A stretch of DNA of 64,000 nt from Candidatus Dojkabacteria bacterium (GTDB lineage: Bacteria; Patescibacteriota; Dojkabacteria; SC72): NCBI GenBank assembly GCA_050950165.1, contig JBMNHC010000001.1, forward strand, positions 389,738 through 453,737, written 5' to 3'. Shown one piece after another: positions 17,561-27,900 of the stretch. The position numbers were made by a program, and so were the translations under genes. Below the pieces are notes generated by a model that ran no database searches, was not told where the DNA came from, and saw only the letters and a program-made list of their open reading frames with translations. Each line of letters begins with the position of its first letter. The first letter of the stretch is position 1.

Positions 17561-18907
17561 ATGAGCTATATTTGTTCAGTATGTGCAACAGAATATCTTA
17601 AATGGTCAGGTAAATGTAATACATGTGGGCAGTGGGGTACCTTAGAAAAGATTGAAGAGAGTACTCAAGTAGTAGGTACATCTGTAAGTAAAACTAAAAA
17701 AGCAGACTATAAGGCTATTACCAAATATAGAGAGAAGGCCCCTAGTAAAAGAGGCGCGTCTAATCGTATTAGTTCAGGCTATTTAGAATTTGATAGAGTC
17801 TTGGGCGGTGGCTTTGTAGAGGGTAGTGTAGTTTTACTTAGTGGTGAGCCTGGAGTGGGCAAATCTACACTCTTGTTGCAGATAGCATTAAATCTTTCTT
17901 CTGATAAAAAGATTCTCTATGTATGTGGTGAAGAGTCTCCAACTCAACTTCTTTCTAGATTAGATAGGCTCTCTGGTAAGGGTGGTAAAGTAGAAAATAT
18001 CTTTGTTACTAGCGATGTGGTAGTAGAGAGCATATTTGCTCTTGTTGAGAAAGAGAGATTTGATCTTTTAATTGTGGACTCAATACAAAGTATGAGCTCG
18101 GAAACATCTAGAGGATATCCTGGGAGTATTAGCCAGGTTAGGGCATCAGGAGCAATATTGACTAGATTAGCAAAGTCAACGGGAATACCAACAATACTTG
18201 TAGGGCAGATAAATAAGGGGGGAGATATTGCAGGTCCTAAGATATTAGAACATATTGTAGACTGTGTACTCTACATTGAAGGTGGAGAGTTTAATCAGTA
18301 CAGGTTGTTAAGGGGTATGAAGAATAGGTTCGGCTCTACTAATGAGATAGGGGTTTTTGAGATGAGCTCTAGTGGATTGATGGAGGTAGGGAATCCTTCT
18401 TTGCTTTTCTTAGATAGCAAGTCCAATGTATCAGGTAGTGCAATAGGGGCTGTAATACAAGGTTCTAGAGTTGTATTTGTAGAGGTACAAGCACTAGTTG
18501 TAGAAAGGTCTGGAGAAGCAGGTCCGTTAAGAAGAGTCGCAAATGGTATTAAGAAGCCTCGTTTAGATATGCTTACTGCTGTTCTTTCTAGAAGAGGAGG
18601 GGTATTTTTAGGTGATAAGGATGTTTTTGTAAATGTAGTAGGAGGTATTAATATTTCTGATCCTGCAATAGATTTAGCAATATGTGCGGCTATTAAATCA
18701 GCAGTAAAAGATAATGTTTTAGATAGAGATTCTATATATTTCGGAGAGGTTGGTCTTACAGGAGAGATTCGTGGTACATGGGGATTGCAATCGGTTCTTT
18801 CAGAAGCATCAAGGGTAGGGTACAAGAGGATATATATAGGAGATACTCCTTTAAAAAGTGTACCAAAGATAAATGTGTCTGTAGTAAAGGGTATTAAGAA
18901 GTTATAA
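17561..18907 (+). CDS. radA: DNA repair protein RadA/Sms
   Basis: There is an N-terminal C4 zinc finger (CSVCATEY...CNTCGQWG), a RecA-like Walker A (GEPGVGKST), a KNRFG motif and a Lon-like C-terminal domain. The clpC-radA order matches Firmicutes-type synteny. Confidence 0.9.
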   Translation: MSYICSVCATEYLKWSGKCNTCGQWGTLEKIEESTQVVGTSVSKTKKADYKAITKYREKAPSKRGASNRISSGYLEFDRVLGGGFVEGSVVLLSGEPGVGKSTLLLQIALNLSSDKKILYVCGEESPTQLLSRLDRLSGKGGKVENIFVTSDVVVESIFALVEKERFDLLIVDSIQSMSSETSRGYPGSISQVRASGAILTRLAKSTGIPTILVGQINKGGDIAGPKILEHIVDCVLYIEGGEFNQYRLLRGMKNRFGSTNEIGVFEMSSSGLMEVGNPSLLFLDSKSNVSGSAIGAVIQGSRVVFVEVQALVVERSGEAGPLRRVANGIKKPRLDMLTAVLSRRGGVFLGDKDVFVNVVGGINISDPAIDLAICAAIKSAVKDNVLDRDSIYFGEVGLTGEIRGTWGLQSVLSEASRVGYKRIYIGDTPLKSVPKINVSVVKGIKKL

Positions 18908-19063
18908 TTTTTTTTGACAAATACCATCCACAAAACGCGTAAAGTTTTAAATATTTTTTACCAATCGTAACCTGTATTTTCCCAAAAGGAGAAAGATTGT
19001 TGTAAGAATGGGAGAATGTCTTGGTTGTCGAAAAGAGCTCTCACGTGGATATCTTTTATAGGC

Positions 19064-19093
19064 TTGACATACGATTGTCATAGGGGTTATAAT
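19064..19093 (+). promoter_or_regulatory. Strong sigma70-type promoter (TTGACA - 18 nt - TATAAT)
   Basis: TTGACA at 19064-19069 and TATAAT at 19088-19093. Confidence 0.6.
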
Positions 19094-19099
19094 ATCTCG

Positions 19100-19358
19100 T
19101 TCTTTAATATCTTATGTGGATATCTTACCTTTCTCCCTTTGTCTGGGGTGCCACGAACACATCTGGACAAAAGGAAAAGGGTAGGATACTCTTAGTTTCT
19201 CTCTCCCTGGGTTTGGTCTTAAAATAGTTCTGAACCTAAGGAAAGGGAGATTGAGGGAAGCATAAGTATGCTCTTCGATATTAGCCTTCTTTTGATTAAA
19301 AAGAAGGATAACACCGGGGTCGGTTGGGGCAGTACCGATCCCTCTTTTTTTTCTTTTT
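19100..19358 (+). ncRNA. Candidate small transcript (sRNA or mRNA for a 37-aa peptide) between radA and rho, bracketed by the consensus promoter and a strong intrinsic terminator
   Basis: No ORF of 50 aa or more lies on the + strand. The only candidate is a 37-aa ORF at 19118-19231 (MWISYLSPFVWGATNTSGQKEKGRILLVSLSLGLVLK) with no SD. The supplied minus-strand ORF 19112..19366 runs antisense through the terminator. Confidence 0.3.
19316..19358 (+). terminator. Rho-independent terminator (9-bp GC-rich stem plus U-run)
   Basis: GGGGTCGGT-tggggcagt-ACCGATCCC, followed by tcttttttttcttttt. Confidence 0.7.
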
Positions 19359-19367
19359 AATCTCATA

Positions 19368-19396
19368 TTGACTTCTTAAAATTCTTTGAATATACT
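19368..19396 (+). promoter_or_regulatory. rho promoter (TTGACT - 17 nt - TATACT)
   Basis: TTGACT at 19368-19373 and TATACT at 19391-19396, downstream of the terminator and upstream of the rho start. Confidence 0.5.
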
Positions 19397-19487
19397 GAAT
19401 AGTCAAATGGGTTAAATGCCCATCTATGTAATTTCCCAATTTATTCATATGGTAAACAAAACAAAGACTATAAAAGAGTACGAGAGT

Positions 19488-20714
19488 ATGACTCTTACTC
19501 AGCTTCGTAGTGAAGCAAAAGGATTAGGAATGGAAGACTTTATGGAGCTTCCTAAGAGAGAATTAATTATTGAAATATTGAAAAAGTCTACAGCAGATGA
19601 AGGCTTTGTATTTGTGGAAGGAATCTTAGAGATTCAAAAGGATGGATCTCACGGAGTATTAAGAACAGATGGATTGTTAGCAGGAGATAACGATGTATAT
19701 GTATCTGGTTCTCAGATTAAGAAATTTAGCCTAAGAAACGGTGATGAAGTTGCTGGACCTGCTAGATTACCAAAAGACAAGGAGAAGTACCTAAGCCTAC
19801 TTCGTGTAGACACTGTATATGGTAGACCAGCTGCAGAGGCAGCAAACAGACCTCAGTTCATGAAACTCACCCCAATATTTCCAAACAGACAGATCAAATT
19901 AGAGACTACTTCAGATGTTCTTTCGACAAGAATGATTGATTTACTTTCTCCAATTGGGTTCGGTCAAAGATCTATGATTGTATCTCCTCCTAAAGCAGGA
20001 AAGACATTCCTTCTTAAAGATATTGCTGCTGGAATTGCAACAAACCATCCTAAAGCAAAATTAATGGTTGTACTTGTTGGTGAAAGACCCGAAGAGGTTA
20101 CGGATATGAAGAGATTTGTAAAAGGAGAGGTATATGCTTCTAACTTTGACGAATTACCAGAGCATAACTGTAAAGTTGCAGAGATGGCACTACAGAAAGC
20201 TATGTGTATGGTAGAGTGGGGTGAAGATGTAATAATTTTGATGGATAGTATTACTAGACTTGCTCGTGCATACAATATTACTATGCCTACATCTGGTAAG
20301 ACTCTCTCTGGAGGTTTCGACCCTGTTGCTCTCTATCCTCCTAAGAAGTTCTTTGGTGCAGCTAGAAACTTTGAAGAGGGTGGTAGTTTAACAATAATTG
20401 CAACTGCACTTGTAGAAACAGGTAGTAGAATGGATGACTTGGTATACGAAGAGTTTAAAGGTACAGGAAATATGGAGTTACACTTAGATAGAAGTTTAGC
20501 AAACAAGAGAATATATCCCTCTATTGATGTAAATAAGTCTGGTACAAGAAATGAAGAATTACTGTTAGGTAAAGAAATACTTAACCAATCTTGGAGAATC
20601 AGGAGAATGTTAGAGATTTTAGATCAGAATGAGAATCCTACAGAAGTACTCGTCAGTCAGCTTAGAAAGAGCAAATCTAACGAAGAGTTTCTTGCAAACT
20701 TGCACGAAGCTTAA
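19488..20714 (+). CDS. rho: Transcription termination factor Rho
   Basis: The N-terminus [17 protein letters not shown] aligns with the Rho N-terminal domain. A cold-shock-like RNA-binding domain, Walker A (PPKAGKT) and RecA-like core follow. The start is uncertain: in-frame ATGs also lie at 19416 and 19449. Confidence 0.85.
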   Translation: MTLTQLRSEAKGLGMEDFMELPKRELIIEILKKSTADEGFVFVEGILEIQKDGSHGVLRTDGLLAGDNDVYVSGSQIKKFSLRNGDEVAGPARLPKDKEKYLSLLRVDTVYGRPAAEAANRPQFMKLTPIFPNRQIKLETTSDVLSTRMIDLLSPIGFGQRSMIVSPPKAGKTFLLKDIAAGIATNHPKAKLMVVLVGERPEEVTDMKRFVKGEVYASNFDELPEHNCKVAEMALQKAMCMVEWGEDVIILMDSITRLARAYNITMPTSGKTLSGGFDPVALYPPKKFFGAARNFEEGGSLTIIATALVETGSRMDDLVYEEFKGTGNMELHLDRSLANKRIYPSIDVNKSGTRNEELLLGKEILNQSWRIRRMLEILDQNENPTEVLVSQLRKSKSNEEFLANLHEA

Positions 20715-20738
20715 TTCTGGTATAATGGTAGAGTAGAT

Positions 20739-22091
20739 ATGACTGAAGATAAAGGTCGTGGACAAATCATCTCTGGATTGAGTTTTAAGGATCTTACAAA
20801 AGATTTAGATTTTTCAAAGCTAGAAGATCAAGAATTTATCTTTGTAGACGGAGAGATTAAGAGAGAGGCAAATTTAACTTGGGTTAAAAGAGTCTCTGAG
20901 TATCTTGTTAACCGTTTTAATACAAAGAGAGACCCTCTTGCTTTTACAATTGATCTTTTTGAATATCTAGCTTCAAGATTTAGGGTTCTTTGGGTAATAC
21001 TCTCTGTAATCTTTGATCTTTTGTATTCTAGATTTGATAAGGTAAAGGACGGAATTGTAAGAAGAATGTTCTGGGGAAGAGGATCATTTCTTAAGTATGT
21101 TGTTCAGATTGCTACAGTAGTATTAGCCTTTATACTAAGTATCTCATATATCTATAGGGCTCCCACTATTACAAGTGCAAGTGATGAGGAGCTAGATTAC
21201 ATCTCTGTTGCAGAAACGGATGTAATTGCTATCAATGCAACTGTTAATACCTTGGTTCCTAAGGATAGGCAGAAGAGGGGTATAGATAAATATATTGTGA
21301 TGAATGGTGACACATTAAGTAGTATTGCAGCAGCGTATGAGATATCTGTTGAAACTATCAAATGGGCAAATAATCTATCTTCTAGTTTAGTAAGACCGGG
21401 ACAGGAATTAGATATTCCTCTAACAGATGGAGTATTAATTAAAGTTGCAAAGGGAGAGACTCTTGCTTCTGTAGCTAAAAAGTATAACGGTAATGAGCAG
21501 GCCATTGCAGACTTTAACTGGTTAGACTATCCATTTACACTAACACAAGGACAAGAACTTTTCATTCCAGATGGTAGTATGCCATATGTAGCACCGAAGC
21601 CTACATATGCAGGTACACCTAGAACATATACATCTGGTTCTTACTCAGGTTCAAAGTATAGTGGGCCTGTAGATCCAAATGTTGGGAAGTTCTTAAGGTG
21701 GCCAGTTGCAAGTAAAACTGCAAAGATTTCTCAATACTACAAGGGTAGTAGGCATCAAGGTATAGATATTGCAGATCGTAACTTGCCAAACTTAGTTGCT
21801 GCTGCATCTGGGACAGTAATTTTTGCAGGTTGTGCTGGATATTGTCCTCCACTTGGGTCTGTATGGGGAGGTAGTGGGTATGCATGGTCAGTACATATTA
21901 ATCACGGTAATGGATATTCAACATGGTATGCACATATGATGAATATATATGTTAGAACTGGACAGAGTGTATCTGCAGGGCAAGCAATTGGGAAAATGGG
22001 TTCTACTGGTAGATCTACTGGTCCTCATGTACACTTTGAGTTAAGAAGGGGTTCAAGTGCTATTAATCCTCTACCATATGCTGCTTGGTAA
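20739..22091 (+). CDS. LysM-domain M23-family peptidoglycan metalloendopeptidase (membrane-anchored)
   Basis: There are two LysM repeats (YIVMNGDTLSSIAAAY..., IKVAKGETLASVAKKY...) and M23 motifs HQGIDIA and HVHFE. An extended -10 (tggtataat, 20718-20726) lies 12 nt upstream of the ATG. Confidence 0.8.
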   Translation: MTEDKGRGQIISGLSFKDLTKDLDFSKLEDQEFIFVDGEIKREANLTWVKRVSEYLVNRFNTKRDPLAFTIDLFEYLASRFRVLWVILSVIFDLLYSRFDKVKDGIVRRMFWGRGSFLKYVVQIATVVLAFILSISYIYRAPTITSASDEELDYISVAETDVIAINATVNTLVPKDRQKRGIDKYIVMNGDTLSSIAAAYEISVETIKWANNLSSSLVRPGQELDIPLTDGVLIKVAKGETLASVAKKYNGNEQAIADFNWLDYPFTLTQGQELFIPDGSMPYVAPKPTYAGTPRTYTSGSYSGSKYSGPVDPNVGKFLRWPVASKTAKISQYYKGSRHQGIDIADRNLPNLVAAASGTVIFAGCAGYCPPLGSVWGGSGYAWSVHINHGNGYSTWYAHMMNIYVRTGQSVSAGQAIGKMGSTGRSTGPHVHFELRRGSSAINPLPYAAW

Positions 22092-22114
22092 TTGTGGTAT
22101 AATCTTTGTGGTTA

Positions 22115-22187
22115 GGGCTCATAGTTTAGTTGGGAGAATATCGCATTCGCATTGCGAAGGTCGCCGGTTCAAATCCGGCTGAGTCCA
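22115..22187 (+). tRNA. tRNA-Ala (anticodon CGC)
   Basis: Manual cloverleaf: acceptor GGGCUCA/UGAGUCC carries the G3:U70 Ala identity pair. The anticodon loop is UUCGCAU, and the T-arm is GCCGG-UUCAAAU-CCGGC. No CCA is encoded. An extended -10 (tggtataat, 22095-22103) lies just upstream. Confidence 0.8.
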
Positions 22188-22212
22188 TCCCGCTAGCTTA
22201 TAGAGTAGGTCG

Positions 22213-22286
22213 GGGCCTGTAGCTCAGTTGGCTAGAGCACATCGCTGGCAGTGATGGGGTCAGGGGTTCAAATCCCCTCAGGTCCA
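22213..22286 (+). tRNA. tRNA-Ala (anticodon GGC)
   Basis: Acceptor GGGCCUG/CAGGUCC has G3:U70. The anticodon loop is CUGGCAG. The D-arm is GCUCAGUUGGCUAGAGC and the T-loop is UUCAAAU. The 3' trailer ATCCCGCTA is shared with the preceding tRNA. Confidence 0.8.
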
Positions 22287-22436
22287 TCCCGCTACCTGTA
22301 GTGTTATTGGGGAAGGGAGGGTTTTGTATCAAATTCTACTACATTCTTGTATATTAGATTCCGTTTTTCACGCTAATGTAAAACGGCTTTGTATTAAGGT
22401 TTTGCAAAATATCTCTTTTAGAGATAAAATACTTGA

Positions 22437-24875
22437 ATGGTACACAAGTATAATTACAAAGAGTTTGAGAGTAAGTGGCAGGAGAAATGGTTTAAAGAGA
22501 TGAAATATTCTCCTAAAGATTTACTTTTAGACAAGCCTAAATATTACCTTTTAACTGAATTCCCATATCCATCTGGTCCTGGTATGCATATTGGGCATGC
22601 TAGAAACTACTCTATGATGGATGCTGTAGCTAGATTAAGAAGAATGAAAGGCTTTAATGTGATGTATCCAATAGGGTGGGATGCTTTCGGACTTCCTACT
22701 GAAAACTACGCTATTAAAGTAAAAAAACCTCCTCAAGATATTACAAAAGAAAATATTAACCACTTCAGAAGACAGCTAAAGAGTTTAGGTATCTCCTTTG
22801 ATTGGAATAGGGAGGTGGATACTACAGATCCTGCATATTACAAATGGACGCAATGGATATTTCTAAAACTTTTTGAGAAAGGACTGGCTGTAAAGTCCGA
22901 AATGCCGATAAACTGGTGTCCGAAATGTAAGGTAGGGTGTGCAAATGAGGAAGTAATTGACTCAAAGCATGAAAGATGTGACACTTTGGTCGAAAAGAGA
23001 AATATTAATCAGTGGGTTCTAAAGATTACAGAATATGCAGATAGACTAGATGATGATTTAGATCTTGTAAACTACCCTGAGAGTGTTAAAGCTCTTCAGA
23101 GGAACTGGATAGATAGGAAGACTTGGTATGATATTGAGTATAAGGTTGAAAATAGTGATGAAATAGTCAAGGTTTCTACAACAAGACCCGATACTCAGTT
23201 TGGTTCAACCTTTGTTGTAATTGCTTTTGATCATGAGATTGTAAACAAGCTAAAGAGTATAATGCCTGAGGAGAACAGAGATGCAGTAGAAAGCTATGTA
23301 AAAGAAAATATACATAAGAGTGATGTAGAAAGAATAGCCGAAGAAAGAGAGAAGAGTGGCGTATTCACAGGCCTTTACTGCCTAAATAGCATTACAGACC
23401 AGAGACTGCCAATATATCTATCAAGCTTTGTATTAACAACAGTTGGTACAGGTATGGTAGTAGGAGTCCCAGCTCATGATAAAAGAGACTTCGAATTTGC
23501 ACTAAAGTTTGGAATTCCAATAAAGAGGGTAATAGAGGGACCGGAAGGAGATAGATCAGAGATTACTTCGGTAGATCTGGTATATGAAGATGAAGGCAAG
23601 GTATTTAATTCAGATTTCTTGGATGGTTTAAGTAGTGCAGATGCAAGAGTTAAGATGGGAGAATATATTGTAGAGAAAGGAATAGGAGCTGTTTTAACAA
23701 GGTATCATCTTAGAGATTGGATATTTTCTAGACAACACTACTGGGGAGAGCCAATCCCAATTGTACATTGTAAAAAATGTGGTATGGTACCTGTAGACGA
23801 GAAAGACCTGCCTATTAAACTACCAGAAGTAAAAGAGTATGAACCTACAGATACAGGTGAGTCTCCATTAGCAAACATCAAGGAGTGGGTAGAAACGAAA
23901 TGTCCGAAATGTGGAGGTGAAGGAAAGAGAGAAACCGACACTATGCCTAACTGGGCAGGCTCTAGTTGGTACTATCTTAGATATTGCGACCCTCACAATG
24001 ACAAAGAGTTTGTAAGTAGAGAAAAAAGTGATTACTGGATGCCAGTAGATCACTACGAAGGTGGACAAGAGCATATTACTCTCCATCTGCTCTACTCAAG
24101 GTTCTGGCACAAGGTGCTCTTTGATTTAGGATATGTTAGAGATGTAGAGCCATATCTTGCTCGTTCCATTCATGGAGTTGTACTAGGTGAAGGAGGAAGT
24201 AAAATGTCTAAGTCTTTAGGTAATGTAATTAGTCCAGATGGTTTAGTAGAGAAATATGGTGCAGATGTAACAAGAGCATACCTAATGTTTATGGGTCCAT
24301 ATGAGGGTAATGTAGAGTGGAGTACCCGTACAATTGAAGGGGTACGAAGATTTGTTGTTAAGTACTACTCTTTCCTTTTAGATATATGGGAGAGAAAGGT
24401 TGAAAGTAGTGATGAGAAAGTAAAAGTAGCAGTTAACAGATTGGTAGAGAAAATAGAGAAAGATATACTAGGCTTTGGGTTCAATACAGCAGTTGCTGCT
24501 CTTATGAAATTCTACAATGAGTTTAAGAAAGAGAGTTTCGATAAAGAAGATATAACTAAACTACTTATAGTAAGTGCTCCAATATTACCCCATATGGCAG
24601 AAGAGATATGGAGCAAAACTATAGGGTCTGATTCTTCTGTACACGATCAGCAGTGGCCAGAAATAAGTATGGAGGACTTAAAAGACGAAACTATTGAAAT
24701 TCCTGTTCAGATAAATGGAAAAGTTAGGGGTAAAATCTTAGTTTCAAAATCAGATACTCAAGAAGATGTAGAAAAGAGAGTCTACCAACAAGATACTCTA
24801 AGTTCTCTGTTATCAAAGGGGCAGATAAAGAAGTTTCTTTACATTCCTAACAGGATTGTAAGTATAGCGATGTAG
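22437..24875 (+). CDS. leuS: Leucyl-tRNA synthetase
   Basis: HIGH motif (PYPSGPGMHIGHARNY), KMSKS motif (SKMSKSLGNV) and LeuS-like editing and anticodon-binding regions, in 812 aa. Confidence 0.9.
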   Translation: MVHKYNYKEFESKWQEKWFKEMKYSPKDLLLDKPKYYLLTEFPYPSGPGMHIGHARNYSMMDAVARLRRMKGFNVMYPIGWDAFGLPTENYAIKVKKPPQDITKENINHFRRQLKSLGISFDWNREVDTTDPAYYKWTQWIFLKLFEKGLAVKSEMPINWCPKCKVGCANEEVIDSKHERCDTLVEKRNINQWVLKITEYADRLDDDLDLVNYPESVKALQRNWIDRKTWYDIEYKVENSDEIVKVSTTRPDTQFGSTFVVIAFDHEIVNKLKSIMPEENRDAVESYVKENIHKSDVERIAEEREKSGVFTGLYCLNSITDQRLPIYLSSFVLTTVGTGMVVGVPAHDKRDFEFALKFGIPIKRVIEGPEGDRSEITSVDLVYEDEGKVFNSDFLDGLSSADARVKMGEYIVEKGIGAVLTRYHLRDWIFSRQHYWGEPIPIVHCKKCGMVPVDEKDLPIKLPEVKEYEPTDTGESPLANIKEWVETKCPKCGGEGKRETDTMPNWAGSSWYYLRYCDPHNDKEFVSREKSDYWMPVDHYEGGQEHITLHLLYSRFWHKVLFDLGYVRDVEPYLARSIHGVVLGEGGSKMSKSLGNVISPDGLVEKYGADVTRAYLMFMGPYEGNVEWSTRTIEGVRRFVVKYYSFLLDIWERKVESSDEKVKVAVNRLVEKIEKDILGFGFNTAVAALMKFYNEFKKESFDKEDITKLLIVSAPILPHMAEEIWSKTIGSDSSVHDQQWPEISMEDLKDETIEIPVQINGKVRGKILVSKSDTQEDVEKRVYQQDTLSSLLSKGQIKKFLYIPNRIVSIAM

Positions 24876-24988
24876 TAATTTGTCGAGGATTTCTCTTTGA
24901 CAACTGTTCACATTTCTACTATTATTATCCCAAAACAGCAACCGTTAGAAAATACTGTTGTGTTGGGACAAAAACAACTAGTTAAAAC

Positions 24989-27900
24989 ATGTTAAAAACT
25001 TACTGCTCGAAAGTAGCAAAATTTGTATTCATTTTGTTGGTACTACCCTTCTTTTTTGCTACTTATAAAGTATATGCACAAACCTCTACAACTGTTAATT
25101 TCCAAGGAAAAATTGTTAGAAATGATACAGGTCATGAAGGATTAAACGTTACAACTGGAAACCCTGCCTGTGTCTTAGCTGGTCAAGACACATGTGATTT
25201 CCAAGTTAAATATTACTCAGCACAGAGTGCGGGAACACTCTATCTAACTGAAACATTTCTAAACAAGGAGATAGGAGATTACGGTGGAGTGTTTAATCTC
25301 TCTTTAGGCTCTGGAACAATGACTCCAGGCATTTACTCTACATTAGACCAAGTCATTAACAACTCTAATTCGGTATACATAGAGATCCTTTTCTCTCCTG
25401 CAGGTAATGAAACATATACAGAAACATTCTCAAGAATGCCACTTCAAGCAGCACCATATGCCATTAGATCTAAATATGCAGGGGTAGCACAAGGAGCATT
25501 TAAGTTTGAAAATGCAGCAAACGCTACTGGATATACAGGAAGTGATGGTATGGTTTACTACGATACTACAGATGGTGTATTGAAACTCTACTCAGGCGGA
25601 ACATGGGTCCCTCTTGCAACAGGCTCAAGTGGAAGTAATATCTGGCAAGGGGCAAGTATCTCATCATTTAGTCACTACCCATCTCAATTCTTAGAGACAA
25701 CAGGTATAGCTACATTAGCTAACTTCGGTGTAGATACAACAGAAAACAGAGCATGGGTACACGGTGCATCATCAAGAACAGGATTTTCAGTTTACTCTAA
25801 CTACAACGGTAGTACAGACTGGCCACTTGTGACATTTAAAGCAGATGCAAGTGGTTTTACTAGCTCAATATTACAATTAATCCAAGATGGAACTGGAAGT
25901 ATCTTAGAAGGATATCAAGGAAGTAACAAAGTATTCGATGTAGACAACAGAGGAGATATGCACCTTTCATCAGACGGTACACTCTATCTAGAACCTTTTA
26001 CATCTCTACCTAGCTCATCAGATCTCTATCCTGCCTCAGGAGAAGGTTGTCTTTACTCTGTGGGTGGAAACATATATTGGGATGGTGCATGTAATGGTAG
26101 TTCTCCAAAGATGCTTAATGCAACTGCTACATCTCTTTGGACAGATGCTGGAACATTTACCTACCTTACCTCTACTTCAGACAACTTAGTTCTTGGTGGT
26201 AGTACAGTAGCTACTGCAAGATTCTTCTTCGATATGACAGCAGCGAGTGGTAGATATTTTAAAGTGGATAATTATAATAACTCGGAGACTCTGTTTACAA
26301 TAGATAGTAGCGGAAATATTGGTATTGGAACTGCAAGTCCTACACACAAATTAGATATTGCAGGTACAAACTCTTCAATAGCTAATGCAACAGGAGATAT
26401 TACGATTACTCCTGCACAGAATTTAATAATTAGTAGTGGAAAAGTTGGGATAGGGACATCTACACCAAGTTCACTTCTTTCGATAGGTTCTTCAAGTCAA
26501 TTCCAGGTAGATGGTAGTGGAGATATTGTAAAGATAAAGGGATTAACTTACTCATGGCCTTCAGCACACACAACAAACGGAGTATTGGTAAATAATGGGA
26601 GTGGTACTCTCTCATGGTCAACAGTATCAGGACTGGGAGGAGTTACTGGTACAGGTAGTAGTGGACAGATAACGTTTTGGAATGGGACTTCAAGTATTAC
26701 AGGAGATAACGGTTTCTGGTGGGATAATACAAACAAGAGACTAGGTATTGGAACGAGTACTCCTCAAGCATCAATAGATATTGCAGGAGCAACATCAGAG
26801 ATATCTAATACGTATGGAAACATTTCAATACTACCATATCAATCACTAGTAGTTACAGGAGGTAGTACAGCTCCTACAGCTATGTGGGTATACAAGACAG
26901 GTAGTGCAACATCAGGAGATATTTTTGGACTTAGAATAGAGACAAACCAGACTGTAGCAGGAGCTCTAACAGTATTTGGAAACAGGATTGTAAATAGGGC
27001 CACTCATACTAGTGGTACATTGGCAGGATTACAAGCTAATAGTACACAGATACAGCTAGAGGGTAATGGTGGTACTACAAACTATGTAGAGGGTCTAACT
27101 TCTAATATAACTGTATCTACAGGAGCAATAGCTTCTAATGTACACCTATTAAGAATATTTTCACCAACTAACTCAGGAACAATTAATCACCTAAAGGGTA
27201 TTCTCATTAACAACATGAATGCAGGTTCTTCTTCTAACTACTCCATATATTCAGAGGGAGGTACTATGTATCATGCGGGTAATGTGGGGATAGGGACTAG
27301 TAGTCCTAGTGGACTTTTGGATGTATCTAATTCTTTTTATACAGGGACAGGAATAATTCTTGTCAGACCTCAGGATAGTAGTAATGAAGGTGGAGAAATA
27401 CGACTACTTGGAGCTGGTTCAAATGCCTCAGTTTTTATAGATAATTATGCAGGTATATTGAGAATTCTCCCATCAAGTGGAACTGTGGCAGTGGAAGTTG
27501 GTGGAACTGTTAATGCTCATAGTGTATTTTGGGGAGGAAGTGGGAGTAGAACAGAAGCAAGAGATGATATAGGGTTAAGAGGTGATGCAGGTGCACGAAG
27601 TGGCTTTTATGAAGCACATAATCCTTCTCCTGCAGCAAACTGGTATCCTGGAGCAACTGGCTGGCAACATTTCATTGATGTAAGACATAGTAATATTACT
27701 AATAACTATGCATTACAGATAGCAGGTTCTTTCTTTAATCAAGAATTATACTTCAGAAAAACAGCAAATAGTCCTACAACAGGATGGAACAAGTTTGTAT
27801 ATGCGGATAGTAATGGTAATGTTAGTATTGCCAATGCTGCCTCTGGTGCGACTCTTACTGTTGGTAGAGCAGCTGGACAGCCAAATATTAAATCATCTAC

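Noticed and set aside
19100-19358. Identification of the orphan transcript as SRP RNA, 6S, tmRNA or RNase P RNA
   Set aside because: By eye it does not match the conserved SRP domain IV, the tmRNA tRNA-like ends or the RNase P P4 elements. It is left as an unclassified candidate pending a covariance-model search.
19112-19366. 84-aa minus-strand ORF between radA and rho
   Set aside because: It runs antisense through a + strand intrinsic terminator and a promoter-bracketed unit. There is no RBS and the composition is arbitrary, so it is probably spurious.
22300-22436. Possible T-box leader upstream of leuS
   Set aside because: No T-box consensus (AATTAGGGTGGNACCGCG) or specifier-loop architecture is recognisable by eye, so no claim is made.
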